Positions 15,188 to 29,269 of a stretch of 64,000 nt of DNA are shown piece after piece; within the stretch, counting starts at the first letter, position 1, and every line of letters starts with the position of its first letter. The notes below the pieces were generated by a model. That model did no database searches, had not been told where the DNA came from, and was given only the letters and a program-made list of their open reading frames with translations. The translations under genes were made by a program, and so were the position numbers. The DNA comes from the human T2T-CHM13v2.0 reference genome, Homo sapiens, in assembly GCF_009914755.1 (NCBI RefSeq), contig NC_060941.1. One strand, written 5' to 3'.

Positions 15188-16069
15188 TGAATAAGGGTCT
15201 CACCTGGGTACAGAGATTGACCTGACAGAGGGCAGTTGGGTGATCCTGGTTCATGTTCCCAGAAGGGAATTTCTGTTATTTAGCCTCTGTCTTAACCACC
15301 AGATGATCCCACTGGGCAGGGGGCTCAGTCATTAGAGTCCAAGACTGAGCACCACCCTGGGGACCCAGGCAGGCGGTACTGAGGACCCAGCCATCCCCAG
15401 CTCACAGTTCTAGCTCTGGCATCCAGTTTATGGATTATGTCACAGTCCCCAAAATGTATGGGTGATCTCCCCATATACCCCAAATTGAGAGTAGCAGCCA
15501 ACTGCAATACTCTTAAAAGAGGTAAGAAAATGTAACAATCAACACTAATAGAAAAGTCTTACAGTGACGAAAGGAGGCTGTGTTTTCCCATCATCTTCAA
15601 TCGTACTCATCCAGGAATCTCCTGACTTCCCTTCCCCACAAGTGGCAGGAGAGCAGCTGGCACGGCAGCCCGGAAACCTCTGCTCTCTTCTGTACTCATC
15701 TTCCCTTAAGTTGGCCCATTACCAGAGTTTGGTTCCGTTTTTCTGTTTTCATGGGTTTAGGATTTTGAAACCCATTATTGACTGGAGACTTGAACCCCAC
15801 GGAATGCAAAGACAGGTCCGTTAACATTGCATGTGGCTCACAGACCTGAGATCACGAATGTCCACTACGGCATAGGTGCCTCTCGGGGGAAACACATTCT
15901 TCTCATGTTTTCTACTGCATTGGAGACCTCAGAAGGAAGAAGGGCTCTGTCAGGCCCCAGGGACTGTGCAGAGAAGGGAATAGCCCCAGGTGGCACGGCT
16001 GCAGGAGATAGGGGACTAGGAGGCTGTTCCCTGAAGCTGGGGCCAGCACTGCCTCTAGAACCACAGTCA

Positions 16070-16403
<334 letters not shown>

Positions 16404-16493
16404 AATGTTTTTTCTTCTGTGGGAGGGCCTTTCGCCCTGGACAGGACGTCAATGGGCATTGGGACTCTCATCATCGGGCTGACTCCTCCTCCT

Positions 16494-16605
16494 TCAAGAC
16501 CTTCTTTGTGGTCTGTTTACCCAGAGGACGGTCCCCAGCATGCTCAGGAGCAGAGGCAGCTCCAGGAGGAACAGGAACAGGAAGTGGGTGCTCTTGAGCG
16601 GGGAC
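16494..16605 (-). CDS. CD300LD: CD300LD exon 4 coding part (TM with Glu, short tail, TGA)
   Basis: cccacag|G acceptor; encodes (R)SPLKSTHFLFLFLLELPLLLSMLGTVLWVNRPQRRS*. Confidence 0.95.
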
Positions 16606-17268
16606 CTGTGGGAACACGGTGACAGGAAATGAGCTGCCTCCTGGGTCAGAGGTCTCAGGTCTTCTCAGCTCTATGCCCAGATCCTGGCTTCCAATGTCTA
16701 TGTGAGGGTAAGCCTGGAACCCCAGACAGGCCAGCCCCTTTGGCGGGGCACAGTCACACTGCTCACCAGCGAGGCTCCCAGTCCTCCCTACACCTCCAGT
16801 AAACTCAGCCTGGCATTCAAGGTCCCGTCTGCCAACTCCCATCCGGCCTTTTTGGCTGGTCTCCCATAACTCCTCCTCACCTATCTTGAAGGGGTTTAGC
16901 ATTCCCTGTCTCTACTTACCTCGGCTTCTGCTGCATTCTGCACCCAGAGGGCCTCTCCGCCCTCATCGCTGCCTGTGCAAACGCTACCCACCTTTCAGGT
17001 ATCAGATCTGACATCATATTCTTGAAGGCCTTGGAGGCTGACCTTGCTCTGACCCTCTTCCTGTGGACCAGCACCTGGCCCTGGGGTTCCTTATGTTCCC
17101 TGTTACTTTCTATGGATGTGTAAGGCCCAGAACCTTATTGACCATCAATTCCACCCCCTCACCATCCTCCACCCACTTCCCAGGGTCTCGACCTCCCAAC
17201 TTGGGCCTTCGTTGTTTCTTTCACCTCAGCGCAACTTGAAGCCACTCTCAGCTCACGGATAAATTTTA

Positions 17269-17463
<195 letters not shown>

Positions 17464-18454
17464 TCAGATGATGGGACTGAGGGTATTTGGGGGAGATGGA
17501 GGAGGGGCTATACAGCAGGCCACGGGTCAAAATGCCCCCAAAGGTCCTTCCCAGCATCTTCACTCTTGGGGCTCTCCTGCTACACCTCTGGAGTCCTTTG
17601 CCCTCTGTCCCCTGACAGCTAAAGTCCCATCAGTTTGCACAAAAGCATGGAGGAGGAAAAAAACAAACAAAAAAAAAACAGTCGAGGAGTCCTAAAGCCA
17701 GCTCCGTGGGTGGAGCTCTGCAGATGCATTCTCAGAACTCAAGATCGAGTGAATAAAAAAAAAAAAACAGAGTTGAACTGCAGAGGGAACTGGCAGACCT
17801 TGAGGAGTAGTTCCAGGAGGACTGAGCCAGAGACACGGGCCTCTGCGCTGGGCTCTAGCAGGAGCAGGACGGTCTGTGGTTTGGGCTCTGGCCTTGACCT
17901 GGGGGGCTTGACCACAGCAGGCCGTGATGGAACCCAACGGCTAGCTATCAGGTGCCGACCTCTGGGGACTCCTCTGGACACCTCCAGGGCTGGTGAGCAT
18001 CAGACTAATCCTCCAGACCCCTCTGCCAGCTTGGGAGGGTGAGAACGCCAAACTTCCAGCTTCCCCCTTTCCCTCTAGCATTTTCCATTCCCCTACTCTG
18101 GTGTCTTGGGAGAGAGAGGCTGGAACAATATTTGTTCTTGGGCAGAAACTAGGAGCAGATGAGAGAGGTGTCTCTCCTAACCCACTAAAGGCCAAACCTC
18201 GATATGCCCTCTTGACCCCAGGAGGTGGGGAGGGCATGTTCAGGCCCCTCTCCTGCCACCTTCAGTCATGTGGTGGCTCATGTCTGTGCTGCAGAGTTTG
18301 CCTTCATGTAGCCAACACTTAGATGGGAAATCTTATTTTCCTCAAAGGTAAACTGAGATTGGGGCAGGCCATCGGAGGTTTGCAGTGACTTTACTGATAC
18401 AAAGACGAAACAGCAGGGGCCTATGGGGGTCCCAGCCTGAGTACCCCCAGAAAA

Positions 18455-18649
18455 CAGGGCTATCAGAGTTAACAAATAAAAGCATAGAATGCTCAGTTAA
18501 ATTTGAAGTTCAGATAAACAACATATGCTTTTTTAGTATAAGTATAGCCCATGAAATAGTTGGGATATACTTATGCTAAAAAATGTTTTGTTGTTTGTCT
18601 GAAATTGCAGTGTAACTGGGCATGCTATTGTTGTATCTGGCAACCCCTG
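18455..18649. mobile_element. MER53-like palindromic MITE
   Basis: CAGGG..CAGA..AAATAAAA...CAGTTAAATTTGAAGTTCAGATAAACAAC..TTTTTAGTATAAGTAT, mirrored by ATACTTATGCTAAAAAA..GTTGTTTGTCTGAAATT..TAACTGGGCAT..ATCTGGCAACCCCTG. Confidence 0.8.
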
Positions 18650-18709
18650 TTAGAGGAGAGGCCATGGGGCCAGGCCTGTGCGAAAGTGGTGGGACCTGGC
18701 TCCACCTAC

Positions 18710-18803
18710 CTGGTGAGGGGGCTGCTGGTCTTCTGGGTGGCTGCAGCTGTGAAAGCCAGGCTTGCTGTTGTGGTTGTCCATTCTGAGACTGCAGTTTGTG
18801 TGC
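18710..18803 (-). CDS. CD300LD: CD300LD exon 3 (Ser/Thr stalk)
   Basis: gtttag|GC ... AG|gtaggt; 94 nt, phase 1-2; GTQTAVSEWTTTTASLAFTAAATQKTSSPLT(R). Confidence 0.94.
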
Positions 18804-19655
18804 CTAAACATACAAAGCAGAACACGGTTCACCCCTTCCATGGATGGCCCAGCTCTGGCTGTGGCCCTAAGGCTTCTCCACCTAGGAATTAAGGAGCCTC
18901 TGCCTTGGGGTCCAAGACTGTCTGGTCAGCATCCAAAATATTACATGAATTATCTTCTAAAGAGAAGTTACTGAATTATTACCATGTGAGAAATTCTGAG
19001 GAGCAGACTAAGGAGGGAATTTGCAATCATCAGTTGCATGGCACAGCTTAGCACACTCGATAGCATTCCGCTCTCCTCGGGCTAGGCTAGCTCTTTTCTG
19101 AGTCTCGGCCACAGCCGAGGTGAACTCCTTACCGCCTGTTCTGGAGTGATTCGGCGGCTGAGCTGGTGGCCCCCTCGCTGAGCCACTTCTGGAGAGCCCC
19201 GGATTCCTGGCTCTCTGCAGCCAGGCCCAGCGCCCTCCACCTCCGCTCTTCCCTCTCTGGCCGTTTCCTGTCTTCCAGCAGCTTCCCAATCTCACCCTCC
19301 CTACCCCTGTTGAAGTCTGGCTATGTCTGATGCATCCCAGCCTCTGCTGTGTGCCAATTCCTGCTGGACCACACCCTACTCACGCTGACGGTGTGTGTAG
19401 TGAGTTTTGATATTCAAAGTTTGCTTCAGGAGCAATCTAATAATAAGAGATCACAGCATCATATTTGTCTTTTTATATCATTTTTCTGGGATTAAATCAA
19501 GGTATAACTGACACATAATAAACTGTAAATATTTAAAGAGAACAATATGTTAAACTCTGATGTATGTGTATACCCGGTAACACCACCACCATGATCAGGA
19601 CAGTCAACACATTCATAATCCCCATGCCCGCCCTCCCCCTTACTCTGTCCCCAGG

Positions 19656-20055
19656 TGTTAGGGACTGAACTGTGGACCCCTAAAAATTATATGTTGATAT
19701 GCTAGTCCCCAGTACCTCAAAATGTGACTATATTTGGAGATAGGACCTTTCAAGAGGCAATTAAGTTAAAATGAGTTTGTTAGGGTAAGTCCTAATGCCA
19801 TCTGACTGGTATCGTTCTCTGAAGAGGAGATGAGGACACACAGGGAGACACCAAGGCATGCGAGCACAGAGGGGCAACCGCAAGAAGGGGTAGCAAGAAG
19901 GCAGCCACCTGCAAGCCAGGGAGGGAGGCCTCAGGCTCAACTGAACCTGCCAACACCTTGATCTCGGACTTCCAGCCTCCAGAACTATGAGAAATACGTT
20001 TCTGTTGTTTACGCCACCCAGTCTGTGGTATTTTGTTGTGACAGCCTTAGCTAAG
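19656..20055 (+). mobile_element. MaLR LTR (MLT1-like) within old antisense L1M sequence
   Basis: TGTTAGGGACTGAACTGTG...GCCAACACCTTGATCTCGGACTTCCAGCCTCCAGAACT...GTGGTATTTTGTTGTGACAGCC. Confidence 0.7.
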
Positions 20056-20241
20056 GGATGATCCATTTTCTCTTACTATCTATGAGTTGGCATTTTCCAG
20101 AATCTAATATAAATGGAATCATACAGTGTAAATCAGCTTTTGAGCTGGTTTCTTTCACTCAGCATAACTATTTTATCATTGGTATATCAGTAGAACATTC
20201 CCTTTTATTGCAAGTTGTATTCCATTGCATGAGTATTTCAC

Positions 20242-20545
20242 TTTTTTTTTTTTTTTTTTTTGAGACAGAGTCTCTCTCTGTCACTCAGGTTGCAGTGCAG
20301 TGGCATGATCTTGGCTCACTGCAACCACTGCCTCCCAGGTTCAAGCAATTCTCTGCCTCACCCTCCCAAGCATCTGGGACTACAGGTTAGTGCCACCATA
20401 GCCAGCTAATTTTTTTTTATTTTTAGTAGAGATGGGGTTTTGTCATGTTGGCTAGGCTGGTCTCAAACTCCTAGCCTCAAGTGATCCACCTGCCTCAGCC
20501 TTAACAAAGTGCTGGGATTACAGGCGTGAACCACCACGCCCAGCC
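20242..20545 (-). mobile_element. Alu
   Basis: Poly(T) followed by a reverse dimer. Confidence 0.92.
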
Positions 20546-20856
20546 TGTATTTCACATTTTTAAAAAAATCCACTCACTTGAATTGTTTCCAGTTTTTTGC
20601 TATTACAAATAAAGCTGCTATGAACATTCACATACAGGTCTCTGTGTGAACATAAAACTTTCTATTATTTTGACTAAATATGGAAGTGCTGAGGGGCTGG
20701 ATCATCTCTGGCAGGCATACATTTCATGTCTGAAGAAACTGCAAACTCTTTTCCCAGGTGGTTGCATCATGTGCATTCCCACCTGCAGGGTATGAGGGCT
20801 CCAGGTACTCGAGAGTGTTTCCAACACTTGGTGTCAAGGTCAGTAATGTTAACTTT

Positions 20857-21293
20857 TGTTACAGGCCGAAAGAATGAGAGTCATGACCAACACAGTATAG
20901 CACTGGAGGCTATATGAGCGAACAGAAAACTGTTCTCATGAAAGCAGGATGTTGGAAAACTGGCAACGGTGTCTGCTGCCCGAAGGGGTGCTGAGGGCAG
21001 TCACACCCCAAGTGCTGTGTTCCTTGTGATTATCTATAGGAACATCTGAAGCCTGTTGTACAAAGAAAGCTATTGTGTGTACCTGTAATAAATCAAGCAG
21101 CTGACCAACCATTACCTCTCCCTCCCTTCTCTTTCTACCTAATAAATACGAAGGGCTGTAGAAGCTCAGGGCCCTTGTTCACTAGAAGCAAGGAGCTCCC
21201 TGACCCCTTCTTTCAAAACAGATCTCTTTGTCTTTGTCTTCATTTCTGCATTCGTCCCCCCTTTGTTCAATCCCCTAGCAACCAACAGCGACA
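20857..21293 (+). mobile_element. 5' LTR of a HERV-K (HML-6-like, LTR3-type) provirus
   Basis: TG...CA ends, ~437 bp; AATAAATA TATA-like box at 21141; followed by a degenerate tRNA-Lys PBS (TGGTGGCCGGGACAGGAAC, 21296-21314) and gag. The subfamily call rests on recalled consensus. Confidence 0.8.
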
Positions 21294-23002
21294 AGTGGTG
21301 GCCGGGACAGGAACGTGAGCAAAGAAGGTCTGCTGGAGCAGAGAAAGAGAAACTGACAAGACGAACGAGAAACCCTGGAACAAGTCTGCCGGCAGCCAAT
21401 AAAAGGTCAGTGCCCTAAAGAGGTACTGGGAGCGGCAGCAGATACAAGATCAGTGCCCTAAAGAGGTACTGGGATATCAGGTCAGTGCCCTAGAGAGGTA
21501 CTGGGAATGGGAAGTTTTCTGAATAAGGGTAACATGGGGCAGAATTTGTCTATTGAGGTGCAACATTATGTGCATTTGCTTAAAGTTTTACTTAAACAAA
21601 CTGGTGCTCAGGTTAGTTCTCAAACATTAATTAAGATGCTGAAGAAGGTCACTATACATAACCCGTGGTTTCCACAGACAGGCAGTCTTGATGTAGAAAT
21701 TTGGGACAGAGTAGGACCAGGATTAAAACGGGCTCACCAAAAAGGTCTTAAATTTGATCTTTTTGTTTTTTCTGCTTGGAGTTTAGTCCGTGCTGTCCTC
21801 CTGCCATTATCTTCTTCTTATTCTGCTAGACAGCAGGAATCATATTCCAAGTCTAAAAATCTGAAAAAATATTTTGTCCCACCCACAGTACCAATTAAAA
21901 ATAATAAACAGGAGAAGGAGGATGAAAACTGGCCTGTGTCACCCCCTCCAGTAGCAGAAACGTCTGTACTGCCTCCTTCAGTAGCAGAAATAGAGACCCC
22001 AATACAAAGAATTTTATGCTCTGCTGCTATAGCTGGAAAGCCCTTAGGACCTTGCGCTTTTCCTATTTCCATAAGGCCCGATCCAAATAATCCTCAGCAG
22101 TTTATTCATGAACACACCCCACTACAGTTTAAGTTGCTGAAGGAATTGAAAGCGAGTGTAGTTAATAATGGAGTACAAAGCCCATTTACTTTAGGATTGC
22201 TAGAATCTATATTTGGTGCTATGCGCCTTCCACCCTTTGATGTAAAGCATTTGGCTTGCACTTGTTTGTCTGCTAGTGCATACCTGACATGGAATTTAAA
22301 TTGGCAAGAACTGTGTGCAGACCAGGCTAGACAGAATCATGCTGCTGGACACGGAGACATTACAGAGGATATGCTGTTAGGTAATCGTCCTTATTCAGAC
22401 CTGGAACATCACATGGCACTCCCAGACACTGCTTATAAGCAGTGTGCCTTGGCTGCTAAACATGCCTGGGCCACAATTCCTGAGGAAGGGGTCCCAGTAC
22501 AATCTTTTTTACATATCATGTAAGGGTGGCCAATGCACATTTTCTTGCAAGATTACAAGAGGCGGTGAAGCATCAGATTCCTCATACTGCGGCTACAGAA
22601 ATGCTAACCTTAACTCTAGCTTTTGAGAATGCAAATGCAGATTGTAAATGTGCACTGGCATCTGTGAGATGTACAAAAAACTCGGGAAATTTTCTCAAAG
22701 CTTGTCAAGATGTGGGAACTGAACTTCATTGCTCTACAATGTTGGCTCAAGCAATGGCTAATTTAGTAGTGGACAAATCTAAAAACGGCCAAGGAGCAAA
22801 TCCTAAAATGGGAAAATGTTATAATTGTGGAAAAATCGGACACTTCAAAAAAGAATACCGTCAGACCTTTGGGCAGAAGGGATCTTATAATGCAGCCCCC
22901 CACCCCAGAAAAAATGCCAGGACTTTGCCCTCATTGCAATATAGGAAATAACTGGGCTAGTCAATGCCACTCAAAATTTCATCAGAATGGCACCCCCCTG
23001 TC

Positions 23003-24205
<1,203 letters not shown>

Positions 24206-24457
24206 GAAGTTCCAAGAAGGCACTGGCAGGGATTGGGGTCTCTGGTTACCAGGGAAGGGGGTCCCTTTGGCCTGTGGGCTGAAACTGGAACCATCACCCT
24301 GTCATCTGTGGGCAACAGACTCAGGCACTGAGCTGTGCAGAGAAAAAAAAAATGTGCCTAGAAAGACTTAATCCCATCCTGGAGGGAGCCCTGGGAGCCA
24401 TGGGGTCATTAAGAGATCCCCTCAATCCCAAGCGGTCCTTCAGGGTCCTATGAGACC

Positions 24458-24872
24458 TGTCTTAGTCTACTTTTTCTTGCTTATAACAGAATATCTGGAA
24501 TTGAGTCATTTATAAGGAAAAGGAATTTGTTTCTTACAGTTATGGAGGCTAAGATGTCCGAGGTTGAGGAGCCACATCTTGTGAGGGCCTTCTTGATGGC
24601 AGGGACTCTCTGCAGAGTCCCAAGGTGGCTCCAGGCACCTCGTGGTGGCGGAACTGAGTATGCTAAGTCAGGTCTGTCTGCCTTTTCTTATAAAGCAGTT
24701 CCATTCCCATGATAACCCATTCATCCTTTAATCCACGAATGGATTAATTCATTCATGGGAACTCTGCCCCCATGACCCAGTCACCTTTTAAAGGCCTTGT
24801 CTCTCAATACTGCCACATTGGGGATTAAGTTTCAACACGAGTTTTGGAGGGACAAATATTCAAACCATAGCA
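24458..24872 (-). mobile_element. MST-type MaLR solo LTR
   Basis: TGTCTTAGTC...CAAACCATAGCA with 5-bp TSD AGACC. Confidence 0.85.
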
Positions 24873-25001
24873 AGACCTCAGGACTCAGACACCCTCTGTC
24901 ACAGGTCACTCTGAGTGACAGTTAATTTACTCAAGTGGGACCTCAGGGACCAGGACAGAGCAGGACCTGAGAGACACACACGTATATACACTCCCTCTTA
25001 C

Positions 25002-25340
25002 CTGGGTTAATGGTCACTTGAACTTTGACCCCAAGATCAATTCCAGGTCTCTCAGTCCCACACCAATAACTGTCAGCATCATCTCTTTTGAGATTCTCCA
25101 TGGTCACGGTGAACACGTGGTTTTTCTGATTGTCCCTGATGGAAACTCGATTCTTCTTTACCTCCTGCTCTGATCCATTTGTTTTAACAAGGATGTTACA
25201 GTAATTCCAATCAGCTCCTTGACACCGCCACTTCAAGTAGGTCTCCCAGCCTGAGCCATAAGCACACTGCACAGTCAATGAGCCCTGCTCCGAGCCATTC
25301 ACTGTTGTTGGACCAGTGATTTTAGCGGCAATGGAGTAAC
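25002..25340 (-). CDS. CD300LD: CD300LD exon 2 (V-type Ig domain)
   Basis: ttttccag|GT ... G|gtaaga; 339 nt; GYSIAAKITGPTTVNGSEQGSLTVQC...DDADSYWCG...VQVTINP. Confidence 0.96.
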
Positions 25341-26501
25341 CTGGAAAACGCAAATTCATGTGTCGTCACCTCCCACCCCAAGGGCAGGGCCACAGCCTCG
25401 TGCATTGGGAGTAGCAGCCAAATCCAACTGCCTTATAACAGTCAAGGAAGCAATACATTTTCCTCAAGACAAATCTTTGTCCTTCAAAATTCCACTGGGT
25501 CAAAGTCACCAGGAAAATCACTGAAGAGCACAACTGCAGATCCCCAAAGAAACACAAATGTTGGCATTGAGCAATAATAGCTTCCTGCAGTTCACCCCTC
25601 TCTCTTTCCCTATGGCCAGCAAATCTTTATATTCCAAGGAATGCTCTTTGGCAACCATCTTTGTGTTATACTGGTCTGATGGGGAGGAAATGGCAGAAGG
25701 CCCTTTTCCAGAAGAATGATTGCTGCCTTGATGCTTGGCTGTTCCTAGTGGTTCTAATGGTTTCTGGTGGCTCTGCTGTAGTTAATCACCCGAATGAATC
25801 CCTTTGAAATCAACCAAATAGTGATGCCAACTGGTCTCTATCTGCTATGGGATCCACATCACACAGATCTCCATTTCGCCATACAGTGTTATAAATTCCA
25901 CTTCCAAAATTCCTAGGAAAAGCTAACTTTTAAGATAAACACAAGTAAAGGTTAGGTATAAACAGAGCAGCACCCATTCAACACCCTTCTGCATCTTATA
26001 AGTTCTTCTCTAAACATAATGGACATGATTCAAGTCAGTTAAAGGGTGAGGAACGGGCATACCTAATTAGCTCCACTTTTCAAACAATTTGATCCAGGAC
26101 AAGACTAGTCTCCATGAACTTGTCAGCCTAATCTTTCACTTGAAAACAATTCAAAACAGTGGAAATACCTTAAGTGAGAGCTTTGCCAGAAATTCTTTAA
26201 ATTCAACTGACCTAAAGGGAGACCCATCTAAAGAAACGATTGATTTTGATGATTTATGCACTGGCAATAAACCATAGCTGTGATTAGTGCAGCATAAACT
26301 TGAGATGGAACTAGAAGCACATTGGAGCACTTGAAGAAGCCCTGGGGGCAATTCCTGTGGCAGGAGAGAGGTTGTCTCTGAAACGCCAAGAGACACCCAA
26401 GGTCGTGGGTAAGAGCTCAGGCTGTGCCAGAGTGCTTGGGTTTGAATCCTGGCTCTACCACTGATAAGTTTTGTGAACCTGGGCAAATTAACCTCTCTGT
26501 G

Positions 26502-26864
26502 TGATACGGTTTGTCTGTGTCCTCACCCAAATCTCATCTTGAATTGTAGCTCCCATAATTTCCACATGTTGTGGGGGGCACCAGTTGGGAGTTAATTGAA
26601 TCATGGGGCGGTTTCCCCCACATTGTTCTCGTGGTAGTGAATAAGTCTCATGAGAGCTGATGGTTTTATAATGGGAAACCTCTTTCACTTGGCTCTCATT
26701 CTCTCTCTTGCCTGCTGCCATATAATACATGCCTTTCACCTTCCACCATGATTGTGAGGCCTCCCCAGTCATGTGGAACTGTGAGTCCATTAAACCTCTT
26801 TTTCTGTGTAATTTACTCAGTCTCGGGTATGTCCTTATCAGCAGCGTGAAAATGGACTAATACA
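26502..26864 (+). mobile_element. THE1-type MaLR solo LTR inserted in a MIR-like element
   Basis: TGATACGGTTTG..CCCAAATCTCATCTTGAATTGTAGCTCCC...GGACTAATACA; TSD CTGTG. Confidence 0.9.
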
Positions 26865-27286
26865 CTGTGACTTCGTTTTCTATAAGTGGGAATAGTAATG
26901 GCATCTACCTCTATGTTACTATATTATGTTTGTTATTATTATTATTATTATTATTACCCCTGGATGAATGAAAACTTTAGACTTCATTGGAATGTCTTGA
27001 AAAACCAGGGTCACCATGGTGGGAGCGGAAGACAATTTCACCATAAACAGGCAGAGCTCCACAACCCAAGGAATTCCTGGAACAGAAATTGGACTCCATG
27101 CCCAAATCTGCTTTCTATGGCATCTGAAGGGAACTAAGAAACTACACACGACCTCCTGGGGAAAGATGGGTATAGGGGCTTCATTTGTTCACTCTGAAAA
27201 AAGTTCTACATCAGAATGGAAAGACAACAATTAAGGTAAATATTTAAAGAAAAAATACATCTGGAAGTTATTTATAAGAAATAAGA

Positions 27287-27785
<499 letters not shown>

Positions 27786-28537
27786 CTATTTTAAAAGAAA
27801 ATAAATTTGAGATTGGAAGGAAAAATTTTCTTACAAAGCTTGATCTGAGTATAGATAATATGAGAAGCACATAGATTTGTTACATTTTAACAGAAATGAA
27901 AACACTACGTATCAAAATTTGTTGACATGACAGCCAAAGCTGTACTCAAATATAAATCCTTGGGAAAAAGGTTTGATGCTTCCTCAAAAAGTTAAACATA
28001 GAATTAACATAGGATTCAGCCATTTTACCCCTAGATATATACCCAAGAGAACTGAAAACATATCTCCATACAAAACTGTGCTATGAAAGTTCATAACATT
28101 ATTACTAACAATTTTTAAAAGGTAGAAACAACCCTAAGGTTCATTGACAAATGACTGGAGAAACCAAATGTGGTATATCCACTGTGAAATACTATGCAGC
28201 CATGAAAAAGAATGAAGCTTTGATTTGTGCTACAACACAAAGTAACCTTGAAACATCATGCTAAGTGAAAGAAGCACTCCAGCCTGGGTGACAGAGCGAG
28301 ACACCATCTCAAAAAAAAAAAAAAAAAAGTTCTTCAAGAATGGACTCACTCATTAGTTCCTTCCTTCATTGATATCTGTTCATTCATCTGTTTATATGGA
28401 ACAGTCAGGGTTGAGAACCACTGTTCCAACAAGAAGCTATACTTGTTTTGTTTTGTGTGTGTTTGTTTCTGCAGCATCTAACACAGAACCTGTCAGATAA
28501 CAAAAACTTGATTGCTATTTAATGAATATGGGCATGG

Positions 28538-29269
28538 ATGGATGAATTGGCGCTGTCATTTTCCCTGACATGTCTCCTTCCTGAGAACAGAGCGTCTCTG
28601 TCTCCAAGCCAGCCGCTGTCATTCCAGTGCCTTAAAGCTCCAGCCACACTCACCTGGGAGGATGAGAAGCAGCAGAGCTGGGGACAGCCACATGGTCCTG
28701 TCTCCTCTCCTCTCCTTGGTGATCACAGGTGTCTGGTGCCCTTCAGGGACTTGAATCCAAGCTCGGAAGTCAACACCGCAAACCTACTCGAATCTCCTTC
28801 AAGTCTCTTGCTCACTTCCTGTTACATCTGTAGCTACTTCTCTTTTTACATATTAGGAGAAAAGAGGTGTCATTCTTTGAAAAGACTAAGGTACAGTGTA
28901 TGTTGCAAGGTGTGCCCAAACTTTTGTGCATGTGGAAAAGAAAATGTGTCCGGGACTGGTCAGGTTTGCACGGGAGTGCACGTAGGAGCCAAGGAGCAGG
29001 AGGAGCCAGGAGGAACCCAAGCATTGAGGAGCTGCGGGATCTACTGCCTGGAGGAGAGGACGGACAAGGCCAGCCATGAGGAGTGCAGGGAGAGGAGCAC
29101 TTTGGGAAGACCACAGTGCACAGGACTCACACCCAGCCTTGCTGGAGAAAGCCCATGCCCCAGGCTTCTTCCAGGCAGCCCCACTGTAAGACATCTCATT
29201 GCCTCTTCCTGCCCTGGGCTGTCTGACCCACTGCCCCTTCCCCCAGGAACACTTCCACTGGGATCATGA
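28538..29269 (+). CDS. C17orf77: C17orf77 / CD300LD-AS1 putative 243-aa ORF, antisense to CD300LD exon 1 and promoter; coding status doubtful
   Basis: MDELALSFSLTCLLPENRASLSPSQPL...PPGTLPLGS matches the recalled C17orf77 product; good acceptor ttgtttctgcag| at 28474; no recognisable domain. Confidence 0.6.
   Translation: MDELALSFSLTCLLPENRASLSPSQPLSFQCLKAPATLTWEDEKQQSWGQPHGPVSSPLLGDHRCLVPFRDLNPSSEVNTANLLESPSSLLLTSCYICSYFSFYILGEKRCHSLKRLRYSVCCKVCPNFCACGKENVSGTGQVCTGVHVGAKEQEEPGGTQALRSCGIYCLEERTDKASHEECRERSTLGRPQCTGLTPSLAGESPCPRLLPGSPTVRHLIASSCPGLSDPLPLPPGTLPLGS
28654..28693 (-). CDS. CD300LD: CD300LD exon 1 coding part (signal peptide MWLSPALLLLILP/G)
   Basis: ATG at 28693, G|gtgagt donor. 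The four exons sum to 40+339+94+112=585 nt, i.e. 194 aa plus stop. Confidence 0.96.
28813..28821 (-). promoter_or_regulatory. ETS/PU.1-type site CAGGAAGTG in the CD300LD promoter
   Basis: Motif match ~120 bp upstream of the ATG of a myeloid gene; function not shown. Confidence 0.45.

Noticed and set aside
17739-17981. Minus-strand VLLELLLKV segment resembling a duplicated CD300 TM exon
   Set aside because: Similarity is limited to a few codons, with no HFL motif and no suitable acceptor.
25560-26380. Non-repetitive-looking segment in CD300LD intron 1, possibly a processed pseudogene or an antisense-RNA exon
   Set aside because: I could not recognise a protein or repeat in the frames I examined; a BLAST/Dfam search is needed.
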